64,000 nt of DNA from Octopus vulgaris (GCA_951406725.2 OX597827.1:6572001-6636000), one strand, 5' to 3'. Numbered from the stretch's first letter, positions 1-13,037 are shown. Translations and numbers: made by a program. The notes: generated by a model not told the origin, from the sequence alone.

Positions 1-290
1 ATAAACTATGTATATTTTTTCCTACTGTGTTCAGAATGTGTTTCTGCAAGTGTATTGCACATGTTTAGTTGAAGTCTGAAGTTTTGTCAACCAGAGAAAT
101 GAGAGGGAATTTGAATTTATCTTTCTGATAAATATAAACACATTCATAACACTGAAATCGTATGGTGTGAACAGACTGTGAAACGAGGAAAAATTAAAAT
201 TTCTCAAAAATTTTACATAAACTTCTCACTTCAGAGACTACTCAATATATATATATATATTTTCCCTGTAAGTTTGGAATAATATTCCCT
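1..290. repeat. Terminal part of a (TA)n-flanked interspersed repeat, unclassified
   Basis: The end TTTTTCCCTGTAAGTTTGGA..ATTCCCT (about 260-290) recurs inverted at about 62660-62690; both copies abut (TA)n. Confidence 0.45.
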
Positions 291-469
291 TATATATATA
301 TATATATATATATGTATATTTGTATATGTATATTTGTATATGTGTGTGTATATGTATATCCATATATATATTTACTTATGTGTATACGTGAGTGTATTAA
401 CACATGTGTGTATCAAACTTTGCACACACGTCTGTATCTTGCTTTACGTACGATATATGCACATATTTA

Positions 470-565
470 TCTTTGCTCAAGAACACAACGCATCGCCCGG
501 TCCAGGAATCAAAACCACAATCTTACGATCATGATGCTGACACCCTAACCACTAAGCCACGCACC
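470..565 (-). mobile_element. SINE family C (tRNA head, CORE-like) 5' fragment
   Basis: Matches the head of the copies at 29545-29850 and 33002-33337 (CTTGCTCAAGAACACAAC...CTAACCACT). Confidence 0.7.
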
Positions 566-619
566 TCTCTCTCTCTATATATATATGTATGTATAATCAT
601 TGATGATGATGATATATAT

Positions 620-1372
620 ATACATAAACACACAAAGTATGGGGGTTTAGTTCACAGGTGATCTAAACGATTAGGTACACTAGGTAAGTGCTAATAATGG
701 ATTACTGGGGCCCCAAGGTTATACCCGAGATCGTAGTTATGGAGCCATTACAGATTTCTGATGCAGCAGAGTAAAAGAATAAGGACATGGAAAGAGAGAA
801 GAAAAAAGCATAAAAGTTCACAGTTCAACTTTCCGAAGTTACAGAAACCAGAGTATGAGTTCTTCGGTTCAATCCTGTATATATCCATGTGGGTTAAAGT
901 CCTGACATAGGAGACATCTCAAGAAAAAAACGTGACCATATCAATGTTCATATGTTTGCGTCTTTTTCTTGGGATGTCTACTACATCAGGACTTTAACCC
1001 ATATGGATATATGCAGCATTGCACCTAAGGACTTATGCCCATGGATCTACGCTGGATTGCACCTAAGGATTCATGCTCTGGTTTCTATAACTTCAGAAAG
1101 TTGAACTGTGAACTTTTATGCTTCTTATTTCTTCTCTCTTTCCACCTCCTAATTCTTTTACTCCCTTCCTCTATGTTGTCATCTTATTAATATGTACCAT
1201 TTTTATTTTCCATATTTTTTTATCCCTATTTGTCTCTGATGATGAAATATCCCATACTCTGGGATATCCCAGAAACAGCTGTAAGATTTTGAATTTCTTC
1301 CTATAATAATATTGTATATGACTTGGGATGCTTGCCTTACCTTAATGTTTGACGTCCTGTTTAAATATTTGC

Positions 1373-1380
<8 letters not shown>
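620..1380 (+). mobile_element. Putative non-autonomous Penelope-like (PLE) fold-back element between (TA)n arrays
   Basis: Internal inverted repeat 805-931/959-1123 and a hammerhead motif at 1232-1287; no ORF. Confidence 0.55.
1232..1287 (+). ncRNA. Type I hammerhead ribozyme motif
   Basis: TCT-CTGATGA-[TG..ATATCCC/GGGATAT..CA stem II]-GAAA-C AGCT-GTA-AGA; palindromic ACAGCTGT helix III; GUA cleavage triplet. Confidence 0.75.
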
Positions 1381-1442
<62 letters not shown>

Positions 1443-1674
1443 TTATCTTATCTCCGCATTATTAATAAAATTATTTCTTAAAATACATCAATAATGGATC
1501 TTCAAGCAAGATAGCTACTAGAATACACAATGAAGATAGATCAGCACAATAAAACTTAAAATCATATAGATTTAACAGCTTAAAATAAAGAATATGGAGC
1601 ATATATTAAAATAAAATTTATTTTTTATGCTGGAAAACACCTTTCAGCAAAAGCTCGAGTATACGTGTATATGT

Positions 1675-1715
1675 GTGAAAATATATATATATATATATAT
1701 ACGTATATATGTATG

Positions 1716-1759
<44 letters not shown>

Positions 1760-1826
1760 CATACACATACATACATACATATATATATATACACACACAT
1801 ACATACATACATATATATATATATAT

Positions 1827-1879
<53 letters not shown>

Positions 1880-2115
1880 AACATATATATATGTACACAC
1901 ACACATATATGTACATATATGTATATAAATACATACATATGTATATATATATCTATATATACACACACACACACACACACACATATATGTACATATATGT
2001 ATATAAATACATACATATGTATATATATATCTATATATACACACACACACACACACATATATATACATGCATACATACATACATACATACATACATACAT
2101 ACATACATACATACA

Positions 2116-2147
<32 letters not shown>

Positions 2148-2148
2148 A
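1675..2148. repeat. Compound (TA)n/(CA)n/(TACA)n microsatellite
   Basis: Directly visible; includes a duplicated compound unit at about 1895-2050. Confidence 0.95.
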
Positions 2149-2480
2149 ATAGATACAGCTTTTTAAAGTTCAAACACCTTTGCATTCTGCAGCTGTTAAA
2201 ATTTTAGGTGATTCCACTCATCTAAGAATGCAATGCATTTACAGAAACGCATTGCAGCCTGCGATGAAATATATATTTTAATTCAATGCATATGCCTTGA
2301 ATATATTTTTTATTCAGTTAAATCTCTATATATTAAGTTATATAGGAGTGAACCAAGTGTTTTGTGAGCTCTAGTCATTCTTTTTTTTACTTGAAAATGC
2401 ATTTCTAAAGTACTTTTGCCAAACGCGTGTGTGTCTGTGTGTGTATATATGTATGTTTGTATGTATGTATGTATGTGTAT

Positions 2481-2518
<38 letters not shown>

Positions 2519-2807
2519 ATGCATGTATGTATGAATGTATGTATGTGTGCATGCATGTATGTATGTGTGTATGTATGAATGTATGTATGTGTGCATGCAT
2601 GTATGTACGCATGTATGTACGTATGTATGTCTATATGTGTGCATGCATGTATGTATGTATGAATGTATGTATGTGTGCATGCATGCATGCATGCATGTAT
2701 GTATGTAGGTATGTATGTATATAGAGAAATACACTGAGTTATAAAGTTATATGCTATATATATATTAAATTTCATATGTATACAATATATGTCTGTCTGC
2801 ATATATA

Positions 2808-3533
2808 TGGCATTGTTTTATAGCGAAAGGTTTGCTTCCTAACTACATGGTTCCAGGTTCAATCCCACTGCATGACACCTTGGGCAAGTGTCTTCCACTA
2901 TAGCCTTGGGCTGGCCAAAGAGTGGATTTGGTAGGCAGAAACTGAAAGAAGCCTGTTATATATATATAAAAATGTGACCACGTGTGTACCAGTGACGATT
3001 TCTTTTCCTCTGATTTCCCTTCTCTGGATCTTTCCTTCTCCTATGTTTCCAACGAAGAGCTCCACTCGAAACGTTAAACCCTCCTTCTTTCCTTCTTTCC
3101 TGAGCATCCAATAATACTATACTTGTTCCACGTCCTCGCATTGTTGTGTTCTTTTGTGCTTTCTTGTTTGGATTAACTATATATGTATATATATATATAT
3201 CTGTAAATTCCTCTATTTACATAATATTGAGGTCCCTTTCATTCTTTTGTCTTAAGATTTTTATCAACATATATATATATATAGATATATATATATATAT
3301 TCATGCACGCGCATGTGTGTGTTTGTTGTCTTGGTGTCTGTGTCTGTCTTCCATCACTGCTTGACAACTGGTGTTGATGTGTTTATGGCCCTGCAATTTA
3401 AAAGTTCAGTGAAAGAGACTGATAGAATAAGTATCAGTCTTTAAAAAAGAAGCCAGTATTAGGGTTGATTTGTTTGATTAAAGTTCAAGTTGGTGCCCCA
3501 GCATGGCCATGGTCTAATAGTTGAAATAAGTAA
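2808..3533 (+). mobile_element. SINE family A (tRNA-derived, internal microsatellite), diverged and interrupted at its (TA)n by two modules
   Basis: 5' half 2808-2957 and 3' half about 3310-3533 align by eye to the full copy at 9205-9622. Confidence 0.75.
2971..3178 (+). mobile_element. About 210-bp PLE pseudo-LTR-like module with degenerate hammerhead
   Basis: Near-identical to 14414-14619; tail also at 23393-23503 (minus); contains CCAACGA-A-GAG..CTC-GAAACGTTA. Confidence 0.6.
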
Positions 3534-3535
3534 TA

Positions 3536-4534
3536 CAGGGTGGGACTGTGAGGATTGACGTTTTTGAAATGGCTATTACTCAGCCCCAGTGGGAGGGACA
3601 TATGTCTGACAGGTACCATTCAGTCCCCATACTGTATTAGCAACTTTTATGTTTCTTTTCAGGTGAGGTCATAGTGCTGTAGATGATAGAGCGTTGTGTT
3701 TTTGTCTATGACAGTTTGGTAAAGAATAATAAGTCTGTCACAGCAGCTCAGCGTGAGTTTCAGTGCCAATTCAACATTCATTAAAATCAGGCTGTTTCCA
3801 CCTGTAACACAATATTACACCTGGTACACTAATGAATAGGAGACCAGTGGGGGAGCCATGAGTGGTAAATATCCTGGAAAATGTAGAATGCATCAGACAA
3901 GCTTTGATACAGAGTCTGAATTGCTTTGCTTGGAGGCATTCCACTGAACTTGGCATCAGTAAGCAATTGGTAAGGCGTATTTTGCATGAAGATCTGCATT
4001 TCCACCCATCATCATCATTGTTCGACTGTGGTCGAGACTTTCATAGTCTTTTCAAATGGCTAATAATAATGTGTGCGCGCGCCACTACTACACACATTGG
4101 AAAGCATTGTACAACCAAGTACTAAAGAAGATCTTTCCTCCTCCATGAAACAAAGCTGTTCCCACTGGACGTCAACCCAGTATTTCTAAGCTACGGACCA
4201 AGTGATTTATTGTAAGGTTATCTCCCTAGATAGATTGCCTTCACTACGGCTAAGGAGCCCTTTCTACCCCATACAAATTGGGTCATTGGGCAACAGTTGA
4301 AACCAAGGGGCTCTGCATAGAGCAAAGCTGGAGACAGTGGAGGTCAACTTCCAAGAACACACTCAGAAATGTATCAATGAAAATGGACACCACATGATGG
4401 ATGTTGTTTTCCACACGTGATTTTGACAAATGCGAATTCAATACAAACACATCGATATCAATAGAATTTGTTTACAGCTAAAATTAATGATTTTGTGAGT
4501 TTTTCAAAAATGTCCATCCTCTCTACCCATCCTC
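3536..4534 (+). mobile_element. Decayed Tc1/mariner element with internal deletion
   Basis: About 33-bp imperfect TIRs (CAGGGTGG...TTTTTGAAA) with TA flanks; transposase remnants VTAAQREF and ENVECIRQAL..ELGIS..VRRILHEDLHFHPYK. Confidence 0.8.
4010..4260 (-). mobile_element. Short RTE-related retroposon inserted in the Tc1 element
   Basis: (ATG)n tail on the minus strand; flanked by TSD TTTCCACCCAT/TTTCTACCCAT, which splits the transposase HFHPYK motif. Confidence 0.6.
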
Positions 4535-4549
4535 TATATACGTCATGAT

Positions 4550-4771
4550 ATCACGGCATTGGTCAGACTATCAGATGTTGTTATACATCACTGATCACAA
4601 TGTGCTGATCTGAAGGTTATTCCATCACAGGGTTAACCATTTACAGCTGAGTGGACTGGAGCGAAGTGAAATGAAATGATTTGCCCAAGAACACAATGCA
4701 TTACCTGGTCCAAGAATTGAACCTAGGATCTAGCAAGCAGAAGTGCAACACCCTAACCACCAGGCTATGTG
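4550..4771 (-). mobile_element. SINE family C, diverged
   Basis: TTTACAGCTGAGTGGACTGGAGC..GTGAAATGAA..TTGCCCAAGAACACAA core shared with 33002-33337. Confidence 0.65.
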
Positions 4772-5005
4772 TAAATATCACAGATGTGTGCAGCTGTGAG
4801 TGGAAAGCATCGAATCACCATCCGTGAGTTATCCGAGGATATGCAGATTAGCTATGATACAGTTCAGTCCATTATCACTGAAGATTTTAGTATGAGACGC
4901 ATGTCTGCCAAGTTTGTGTCAAAGCTACTTTCAGCTGACCAAAAAGGCACTCGGGTTTCAGTTGCAAAAGATTTCCTTGATTGTGTTGAGGACGATGAAA
5001 ACTTT
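4772..5005 (+). pseudogene. mariner transposase fragment (second HTH region)
   Basis: HRITIRELSEDMQISYDTVQSIITEDFSMRRMSAKFVSKLLSADQK resembles the mariner WVPH/KLL linker region. Confidence 0.8.
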
Positions 5006-5276
5006 GTGTTGGCCTCTGAGTAGGTACCACCAAGCTTTTGGCAAAATTTGATGGAGATTCTCTGCTCGACTTACTGAGTTATGGTCAATGCAACAATTAC
5101 ACACTACACACCTTCCTTCCAAGCACTGCTGTAAACAGCGGAAGTGAGGTACAATGTTGAATCTTAGTGCACATGCACAACAGAGTTCAAGGTCAATCTG
5201 TACCAAGCAGCTTTACTCTGTATGCTTTAGCTTCGTTACTATAACAACAATCCGGATACTTATTGATCAGACCACA
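5006..5276 (-). mobile_element. mariner 5' end (TIR, UTR and start of transposase)
   Basis: Minus strand begins TA-TGTGGTCTGATCAATAAGTATCCGGA and encodes EQRISIKFCQKLG; near-identical to 18577-18833. Confidence 0.75.
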
Positions 5277-5310
5277 TAGATACATGTGTGTATATATATG
5301 TATATATGTG

Positions 5311-5361
<51 letters not shown>

Positions 5362-5451
5362 TGTTGGATTTTTCTCTTATGAGTTTTCATGCTAACTACT
5401 TGATAAATTCTTATAAAGATTTTATCCTATTTTCAAATCATATATATATAT

Positions 5452-6047
5452 ATATTGTTCTTCATGGTCTCCTCGCACCATTCCCCTTCTTCTCTCTCTT
5501 CCTCTTGCTCCTCCTCCCCCATTCCCGTCGTCCATCTGCGACGATACTTCCGTCGTAACTGCTATCCTGTCTTTTCTCGTCTGCCTTCTAAGGCTACTGG
5601 TCGATTTTCTTTCTCTCTCGTCGTCCACTATAATCCAGCGTTTGCAATACTTTTTTCGTCTGGCGTTAACAGACCTTCTTATCTTGTTCTCCTTGTCCTG
5701 TCTCTCACTGTTATATATTTATTTTTCCACTGTTTATATATATATTTTTTACTGTTTATATGTTTGTACTGTCGTTACCGTCTTGCTTTTTTACCCCTCT
5801 GCGAAAAGATCTCAGAATTTTAATTGATTTGCTTTTCGTAGGAAGGAAGTTTTCTTCGAAGTATACATCTCGCTTTTATCCTTCGAAACGTTTAGTAGAT
5901 GAAACCTTAGCGACTGAAGAAGGGGATTTTTCGTTGTGCTTATTGTCCTGTATCTCTTTTTTTTTTTTTTTTGCTTGTCTTGTTCCTTGGTTTGTGTCTA
6001 TGTTTTTCGTCTCTCTATGTGTTCGACGTCTTTTTGGTGTCCTGTAC
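5452..6047 (+). mobile_element. Unclassified (TA)n-embedded CpG-rich element, possibly PLE-derived
   Basis: Bounded by TA repeats; T/G-rich tail like the other modules; hammerhead boxes in permuted order at 5878-5927. Confidence 0.4.
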
Positions 6048-6286
6048 ACATATATGCGTGTATATGTACATGTAGAGGTAGGTACGTACATATATGTTTA
6101 TATATATGCATATGTTCTATTTTATTAACATATATATATATATATATATATATATGTATCTATGTGTGTATGTATGTAAGTATATATATATTTATACAAA
6201 CATGCACATATGTATATATATATATATGTATATATATAAATATGTGTGTGTGTGTGCATATATATACATATGTGTTTTATATATAT

Positions 6287-6325
<39 letters not shown>

Positions 6326-6572
6326 TGAAAGAGAGAGTGTGGGGAGACCAGCTAGAACATAGAAAACCCCACTGTGGCAGAAGGAGAAGGATAGAAAGCA
6401 GCAGCCAAGAAGGACAGATGGAAGAGACATCATTTAGATTTACTACTGCCACCACCTGCTACATAATGTAGGGTAACTGGTGCAGTTGTCAAGGGTGTAG
6501 GGATAGAAAGTATTATATTAGGGGATAGTTTTACAAGGGTGTATATTTGTATATATATTTGCATATATACGA

Positions 6573-6613
<41 letters not shown>

Positions 6614-7254
6614 GAGAGAGAAAGAGAAAGAGAGAGAGAGAGTGGGAGAAAGGGACAAACAGGGAAAAAGAGAAGTAGAGAGAGAGAGAGGGAGAAAGAG
6701 ATGAAATGTAGGTCAGAGCTGATATATTAGCTCCCACAGCAAATTTCACATGTGTTCATGTGAGAACTGTTATGCTTGATATGTTTACATGGGCTCAGAC
6801 ATACACATATGCTCATATATATATATATATACAGATACATCTATGTACCCAAGTGATTACTTTCTATGTGTGTATATTTAACTATGTGTATGTATATGTC
6901 AAGTTCTATGCCGTGTGTGTGTGTGTGTGTGTGTACATGAATGCATATGTACGTGCATATTATTTTTTGTATGTGTGTGTGTGTGTGTAAGTGTGTAAAT
7001 ATCAAAGTATAACCCTGGAGCCCAAGAGACACAGACAAATGGTAGTTGGTCTGCAGTAGTCAGTTCAATAAAGTTCACAAACTGGAATAAAGTTCACAGA
7101 AATGGAATAAAGTTCACGTCGCCTGAAGAGAAGTGTTATCTGACGTTTTCTCAGGATTTCCAGTGGAGTTCTTCCTTAGAAGAGAAAAGCAATGAAAGGA
7201 TAAAAGGTTATATGTTTTTAATATGTAAGAAATCAATATGAATATATACACACA

Positions 7255-7528
<274 letters not shown>

Positions 7529-8365
7529 GGTCCATATCACCATGCCATACCATTCTTAAGATACAAATGTAGGTACAATGAAAAATCTAAAAAACTCAGG
7601 AATACATAAAAAAAAACAACCAAGCAACCCCCACACACACACACACACATACATTTATAAGCACTATGATAGCATATCCCTATAGATATAAAATGTCAGT
7701 AGTCAAATATTAAGATGTGCTCCTAAATTTTTTTCATCCATAGAAGAAGCTTTAAATATAGAAATCTTATGATGAGAGAAACAAATGATATTTGATAAGG
7801 GATGCTCAATATGTTAGTAGCCTATGCTATGGAACACCACGAGAAGTAATTCAGTCCTACAGATATAGTAGATACAATATGTAGTAAGTGTACACAAGCC
7901 ACACATAGGCAATACATATAGCAAAATAATTATCTTTTCTATTATAGACACAAGGTTAGAAATTCTGGGTGAGATGTTAGGTCAGTTGCTTCAACTACAG
8001 TGCTTAGCATTGTTTTATTTTATCAACCTTCAAAAGATGTAAGGCAAAGTCAACCTCAGCAGCATTTGAACTCTGAATGTAAGGGCAAAAGAAATGTCGC
8101 TAAATATTTCATCTATTGTTCAAATGATTCAACTAGCGCTTATTACCTCCTAGTATGATGATGATGATGATGATAATGGTGATGATAATTATGATAATAA
8201 TTTCAAATTTTAGTACAAGGCCAGCAAGTTCAGGAGATGGGCTAAGTAGATTACATTGACCCAAGTGATCAAATGGTACTTATTTCAACAACCTTGAGTG
8301 GCAAAATCCACCTCGGCAGAATTTGAACTCAGAATTTGAACTGGTGGTAGTGGTGGTGGTGGTGG

Positions 8366-8412
<47 letters not shown>

Positions 8413-9204
8413 GTCATGATGATGATGATGACAATGACGACAAAGATTCTCAACACTTGCTCATCTATTGGCTATGCATTTACAAGAAAGACACATAGCA
8501 GTATATGATATTATGGTACACAGTGCAAAACTAAATAGAGAAGCATCACTTGATAGCATAACTATTTCAACAGAAAAAAAGCAAGATGATGAATGAGGGA
8601 AGCTGTTCTGATAACAAAAATACAAACCAAAAATGAAATCAATACCCAGATACAGAAATAATAGTTAAACAATTTTTAATCCAATAGTGATTTTTTTTTT
8701 AATAACAGTATTCCCAAGATCCTTTGTTGCCTACTGCAAACTGCATCAACCATATGCTACTACTCTCGTATCATTTAGTTAATGAAATTGAGAAAGAAAG
8801 TATTAAAGGATTAGGGGTGTTCCTGTTCCTGTTTCAAAATAAATATGAGACCAATAAGGAAATATGAAACATCTTGACAAAAATATTATACTCAAACATA
8901 TGTAGCTTCCAAGTTCCACACACTTACACTTACATGTATATATGTATGTGTATATGTGTATACATCCACATACATGAACATGCATACACACGCACATGGG
9001 CATACAGCACACACATGCCCACATATATTGTATTATTATTGCTGTAAAAAAATGGTCAAAACTAGGCGCAGAATGAGGACCAGTTTCCTCTTATGGTTCT
9101 CCACAGACTGGCTGCAGACAATCATGCAAAGAAATACTTTCTCATTCAGGTTTTCTTTTTGCTAACAACTTTACATAACATTACAGCAATCATTACAGTA
9201 ACAT

Positions 9205-9622
9205 AGGCGCAGGAGTGGCTGTGTGGTAAGTAGCTTGTTTACCAACCACATGGTTCCTGGTTCAGTCCCACTGTGTGGCACCTTGGGCAAGTGTCTTCTA
9301 CTACAGCCTCGGGCCGACCAAAGCCTTGTGAGTGGATTTGGTAGGCAGAAACTGAAAGAAGCCCGTCTTATATATTTATTTATATATATATATATATGCA
9401 TGTGTGTGTTTGTGTGTCTGTGTTTGTCCCCCTAGCATTGCTTGACAACCAATGCTGGTGTGTTTATGTCCCCCGTTACTTAGTGGTTCGGCAAAAGAGA
9501 CCGATAAAATAAGTACTGGGCTTACAAAAGAATAAGTCCCGGGGTCGAGTTGCTCGATTAAAGGCGGTGCTCCAACATGGCCGCAGTCAAATGACTGAAA
9601 CAAGTAAAAGAGTAAAAGAGTA
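9205..9622 (+). mobile_element. SINE family A, full length
   Basis: tRNA-like head (GGAGTGGCTGTGTGG box A-like, GGTTCAGTCCC box B-like), internal (TA)(TG) microsatellite, (AGTAAAAG)n tail; many copies in the window. Confidence 0.9.
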
Positions 9623-9637
9623 ACTAACGACTATACC

Positions 9638-9881
9638 TATTTCTTTATTACCCACAAGGGGCTAAACACAGAGGGGACAAACAAGGACAGACATAGGTAT
9701 TAAGTTGATTACATTGACCCCAGTGCGTAACTGGTACTTAATTTATCAACCCCGAAAGGATGAAAGGCAAAGTCGACCTCGGCGGAATTTGAACTCACAA
9801 CATAACGCAGACGAAATACCGCTAAGCATTTCGCCCGGCGTGCTAACGTTTCGCCGCCCTGCCAGCTCTTATTTTATCGGT
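9638..9881 (-). mobile_element. SINE family B
   Basis: Core GTCGACTTTGCCTTTCATCCTTTCGGGG on the minus strand; 15-bp TSD ACTAACGACTATACC. Confidence 0.85.
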
Positions 9882-10613
9882 ACTAACGACTATACCGTTC
9901 ACCTATCAACCAAGATACAAACAACAGCTTCATTTGACTTCCAGAGTTCAAATTTAAAATAAGGAGAAATGCAGAAATTACTGTTACAAGCCATTACAGC
10001 TTAAACTGCTACCATAAGCCAATAGTACTGACTTTTACCAGCCAATGTAGCTTACAATTGGACAGCCTTCGTGTATTGCGAAAACAGAATCTTTAGTTGA
10101 AAGGGACTTTTCATATGGATGATCTCAACAACAGATTCATGTTTAGCTCAGCAATTTACCTGAATAATTTATTGCTATGGGTGTTCAACCAAAGCAGTAA
10201 ATTATTTCTGCCAATTGTCGTAAAAACTACATTGATTTTCTTTGCTTTTTCATGCGGCTCCGAAAAGAGGAAACTGTAACTCACATATACTCTGTATAAT
10301 GCTTTTTCTATATACCCAACCACTTAATAAACATTGATACACAAATACGCACATATACATAGAAACACTCACACACACTCATATTTCACTGTACTCTTTC
10401 TATTGCAATTGTTATATGTATGCATGCATATATGTATACATGTGTATGTGCATGTGTATGTATCCCTGCACATACACATACATTGTGAGGTTATACGTAA
10501 ATACCGACTGAACCACACCTACATATGAACAGAATCAAACATAAACACTAAAGTATGTACAACATTATAGGTATTTGAATTTATATCTTTAATTCAGTGG
10601 TTGCATTTACTTA

Positions 10614-10652
<39 letters not shown>

Positions 10653-10837
10653 GCACGCACGCGCGCGCGCGCGCGCGATTGCATTCACATGCATATTTCT
10701 ATTTCGAACACACACATGGAATAATGTCTCTTAAAATTATTAGCTTAATCATTACAGGCAATTATACATGCAGTATAACACAAATACACACACACTTAAA
10801 CACACATATATACATACACATACACACATATATACAA

Positions 10838-10913
<76 letters not shown>

Positions 10914-10944
10914 TACATATTTGTGTGTGTGTATGTGTGTGTAA

Positions 10945-11720
10945 AGGACATAAGGAGTTTTCATCAGGATGACTCAAACTTGCACAGTATATATCTAATA
11001 AAAACCTGTCTATCTTTTCTCTTACCAGAATGTATTATTTATTCCACGTCTCAGTATTTCCACATCTTTGGAACTGCTAGCATTCATTTCCCCTCAGTAT
11101 GGAATACTGCATAACCATTCTTTCATTCCACTCATGATGCTGTACCACCTAACCATCCTTTCTGATCATCGGTTTACCTAAAGAAGACATGATCCAACTG
11201 GATTTCATTGGACCCTCCCACTCTCCTGGACATAATGAACAACAACAAATATCAATGATGAAGAACTTTCTTCCACCATCTAACCCAGGGGTGGGCAAAC
11301 TACGGCCCGCGGGCCGCATGCGGCCCGCCATAGGTTTTCATGCGGCCTGCCGAAAGCTTTTATGAATCCCAACTTCTATGCAGATACTTCGTAACTGTTT
11401 CAGTTGTACGGTAATTCACAATATTTTCACTTGATTTTTACAAATGAGGCCCGCCAAAGTTCTAAAGACGCACTGTGCGGCCCGCGATCAAAAAAGTTCG
11501 CCCACCCCTGATCTAACCTATATCTTGCCAATGATGGAATGACCAATTTACAGACTTCTCTTGATACGATGCTCCAATAGCTAGGATATCCAAGAAACAG
11601 CTGTGCTAAGATTATTTTTTACTATTTTTTTCCATTCGTTATGTAGCTAAATTAAATTGAATTAAATTAAATTAGATGTCCTTGTCATGCCTTGCCTAAT
11701 TGTTTGCCTTTCTTCAATAC
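10945..11720 (+). mobile_element. Old PLE-like 3' remnant interrupted by a hAT MITE
   Basis: GGATATCCAAGAAACAGCTGT (about 11584-11604) resembles the 3' half of the hammerhead at 1261-1283; bounded by microsatellites. Confidence 0.35.
11286..11510. mobile_element. hAT (Charlie-like) MITE, 225 bp
   Basis: TIR CAGGGGTGGGC(A/G)AACT; perfect 8-bp TSD ATCTAACC; subterminal GCGGCCCGC motifs. Confidence 0.92.
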
Positions 11721-12209
11721 TTTAAGCTATATATATATATACAAATATGTATTTATGTATGTGTATATATGTATATATATGTGTGAGTATATATATATAT
11801 ACATATGTATATACATGTGTGTGTGTGTATATATATATATACAGACACATGCACACATATATGTACGTATATTTATATGTGTGTATGTATATGGTATTTA
11901 TGCAAACACATTAAACCTGATATGTAAACTGGCCAGTCTAGCATCAAAGCAGTAGCCATTTACTGAAGTATTATATCATTATACACCAGATTGCATACAT
12001 TAAATTGACATATTTACAATGAATTTTAAACTTTGTCAGATAACAAATTTACTTGGTGATAAACAAATAACTTAAATGTGATTTGGCCAAAGATTGGACC
12101 AGGCCATGTGTAACTTAATAGCCCCACCTGCTAGGATCTGTTTAGTCATTTTAAATCAATTTGTACTGTATCATTACCCGTTCAAGTAGGAAGTTGTTGA
12201 GTAAGATGT

Positions 12210-12291
12210 ATCCAGGTGTAAATGGCTTATCTAGCATCCTCTGAAGAAATATCCAGGTGTAAATGGCTTATCTGGCATTCTCTGAAGAAAC
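12210..12291 (+). repeat. About 41-bp tandem duplication
   Basis: TATCCAGGTGTAAATGGCTTATCT(A/G)GCAT(C/T)CTCTGAAGAAA occurs twice. Confidence 0.9.
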
Positions 12292-12617
12292 TTGTCCAGG
12301 TTTCATTTGAAGGTGATAGTATCATGTTCTTTGATTGGTTTTGGAATAATAGTTAAAAAAAGCAAGGTCTATTGAGGAAAAGAAATTGTGTTGCAGTGAA
12401 TTTATGTGTTATGGTTTTGAATTGTGTAGGGGGCACATGACATGTAGCCCCAGCCTTGGGAACATCATGAAATAAAACCATAGATACTGTGTTTGTAAGT
12501 TAATTATAATTCTTCGTGTATTTTCCAGCTGGTGTAAAAGGATGATAGCTTGAAAGAAGTCACAGGAAAAATAAGAAAAGAGACACAAATTAGAGAAAAG
12601 AAAGAATGGCTCATGCA

Positions 12618-13037
12618 TTGCCTTTGTGTCCGATGGCATCACTTTGTCTCCAACAATTCGGTGCAATACCAGTGCAGAGTCACCTCCCTCCAACAAGTCA
12701 TCCTAACGAGATGTTTGCATAGGCTGGGTCATGCCCTCCGTCATCAACCAGGAGAATTCATCTACGAAGCAATTGCCCCAGCTCCCCTTCAGGGTTGGTG
12801 AAAGCGATGTGATGGACAACGAAAAACCTGGCTGATGACAGTCAAGGCTGATCTGGAACCCAACCTAGGCTCCCCCATATCTATGGCGTTCGCCGCTGGA
12901 ATAAGGAGTGGTTGGAGATCGCGCGGTCGTTAGCCTCAAATCGCTAGGCCTGGTCGGCATTTGTGAGAGATGCAGCATTGAGGATGAATGAAGCCAGCTC
13001 AACCCACCCCGGGTGAATGCTGTCAAGTCAAGTCAAG
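12618..13037 (+). mobile_element. RTE-clade LINE 3' end, 5'-truncated
   Basis: Remnant LHRLGHALRHQPGE...RKTWLMTVKADLE...WNKEWLEIARSLASNR*AW; (CAAGT)n tail; TSD CTCATGCA. Confidence 0.8.

Noticed and set aside
7063-7117. Three ~20-bp periodic repeats, superficially CRISPR-like
   Set aside because: Spacers are too short and non-unique, the context is eukaryotic, and there are no cas genes.
9205-9280. tRNA gene
   Set aside because: This is the tRNA-derived head of a multi-copy SINE; I cannot see a full cloverleaf.
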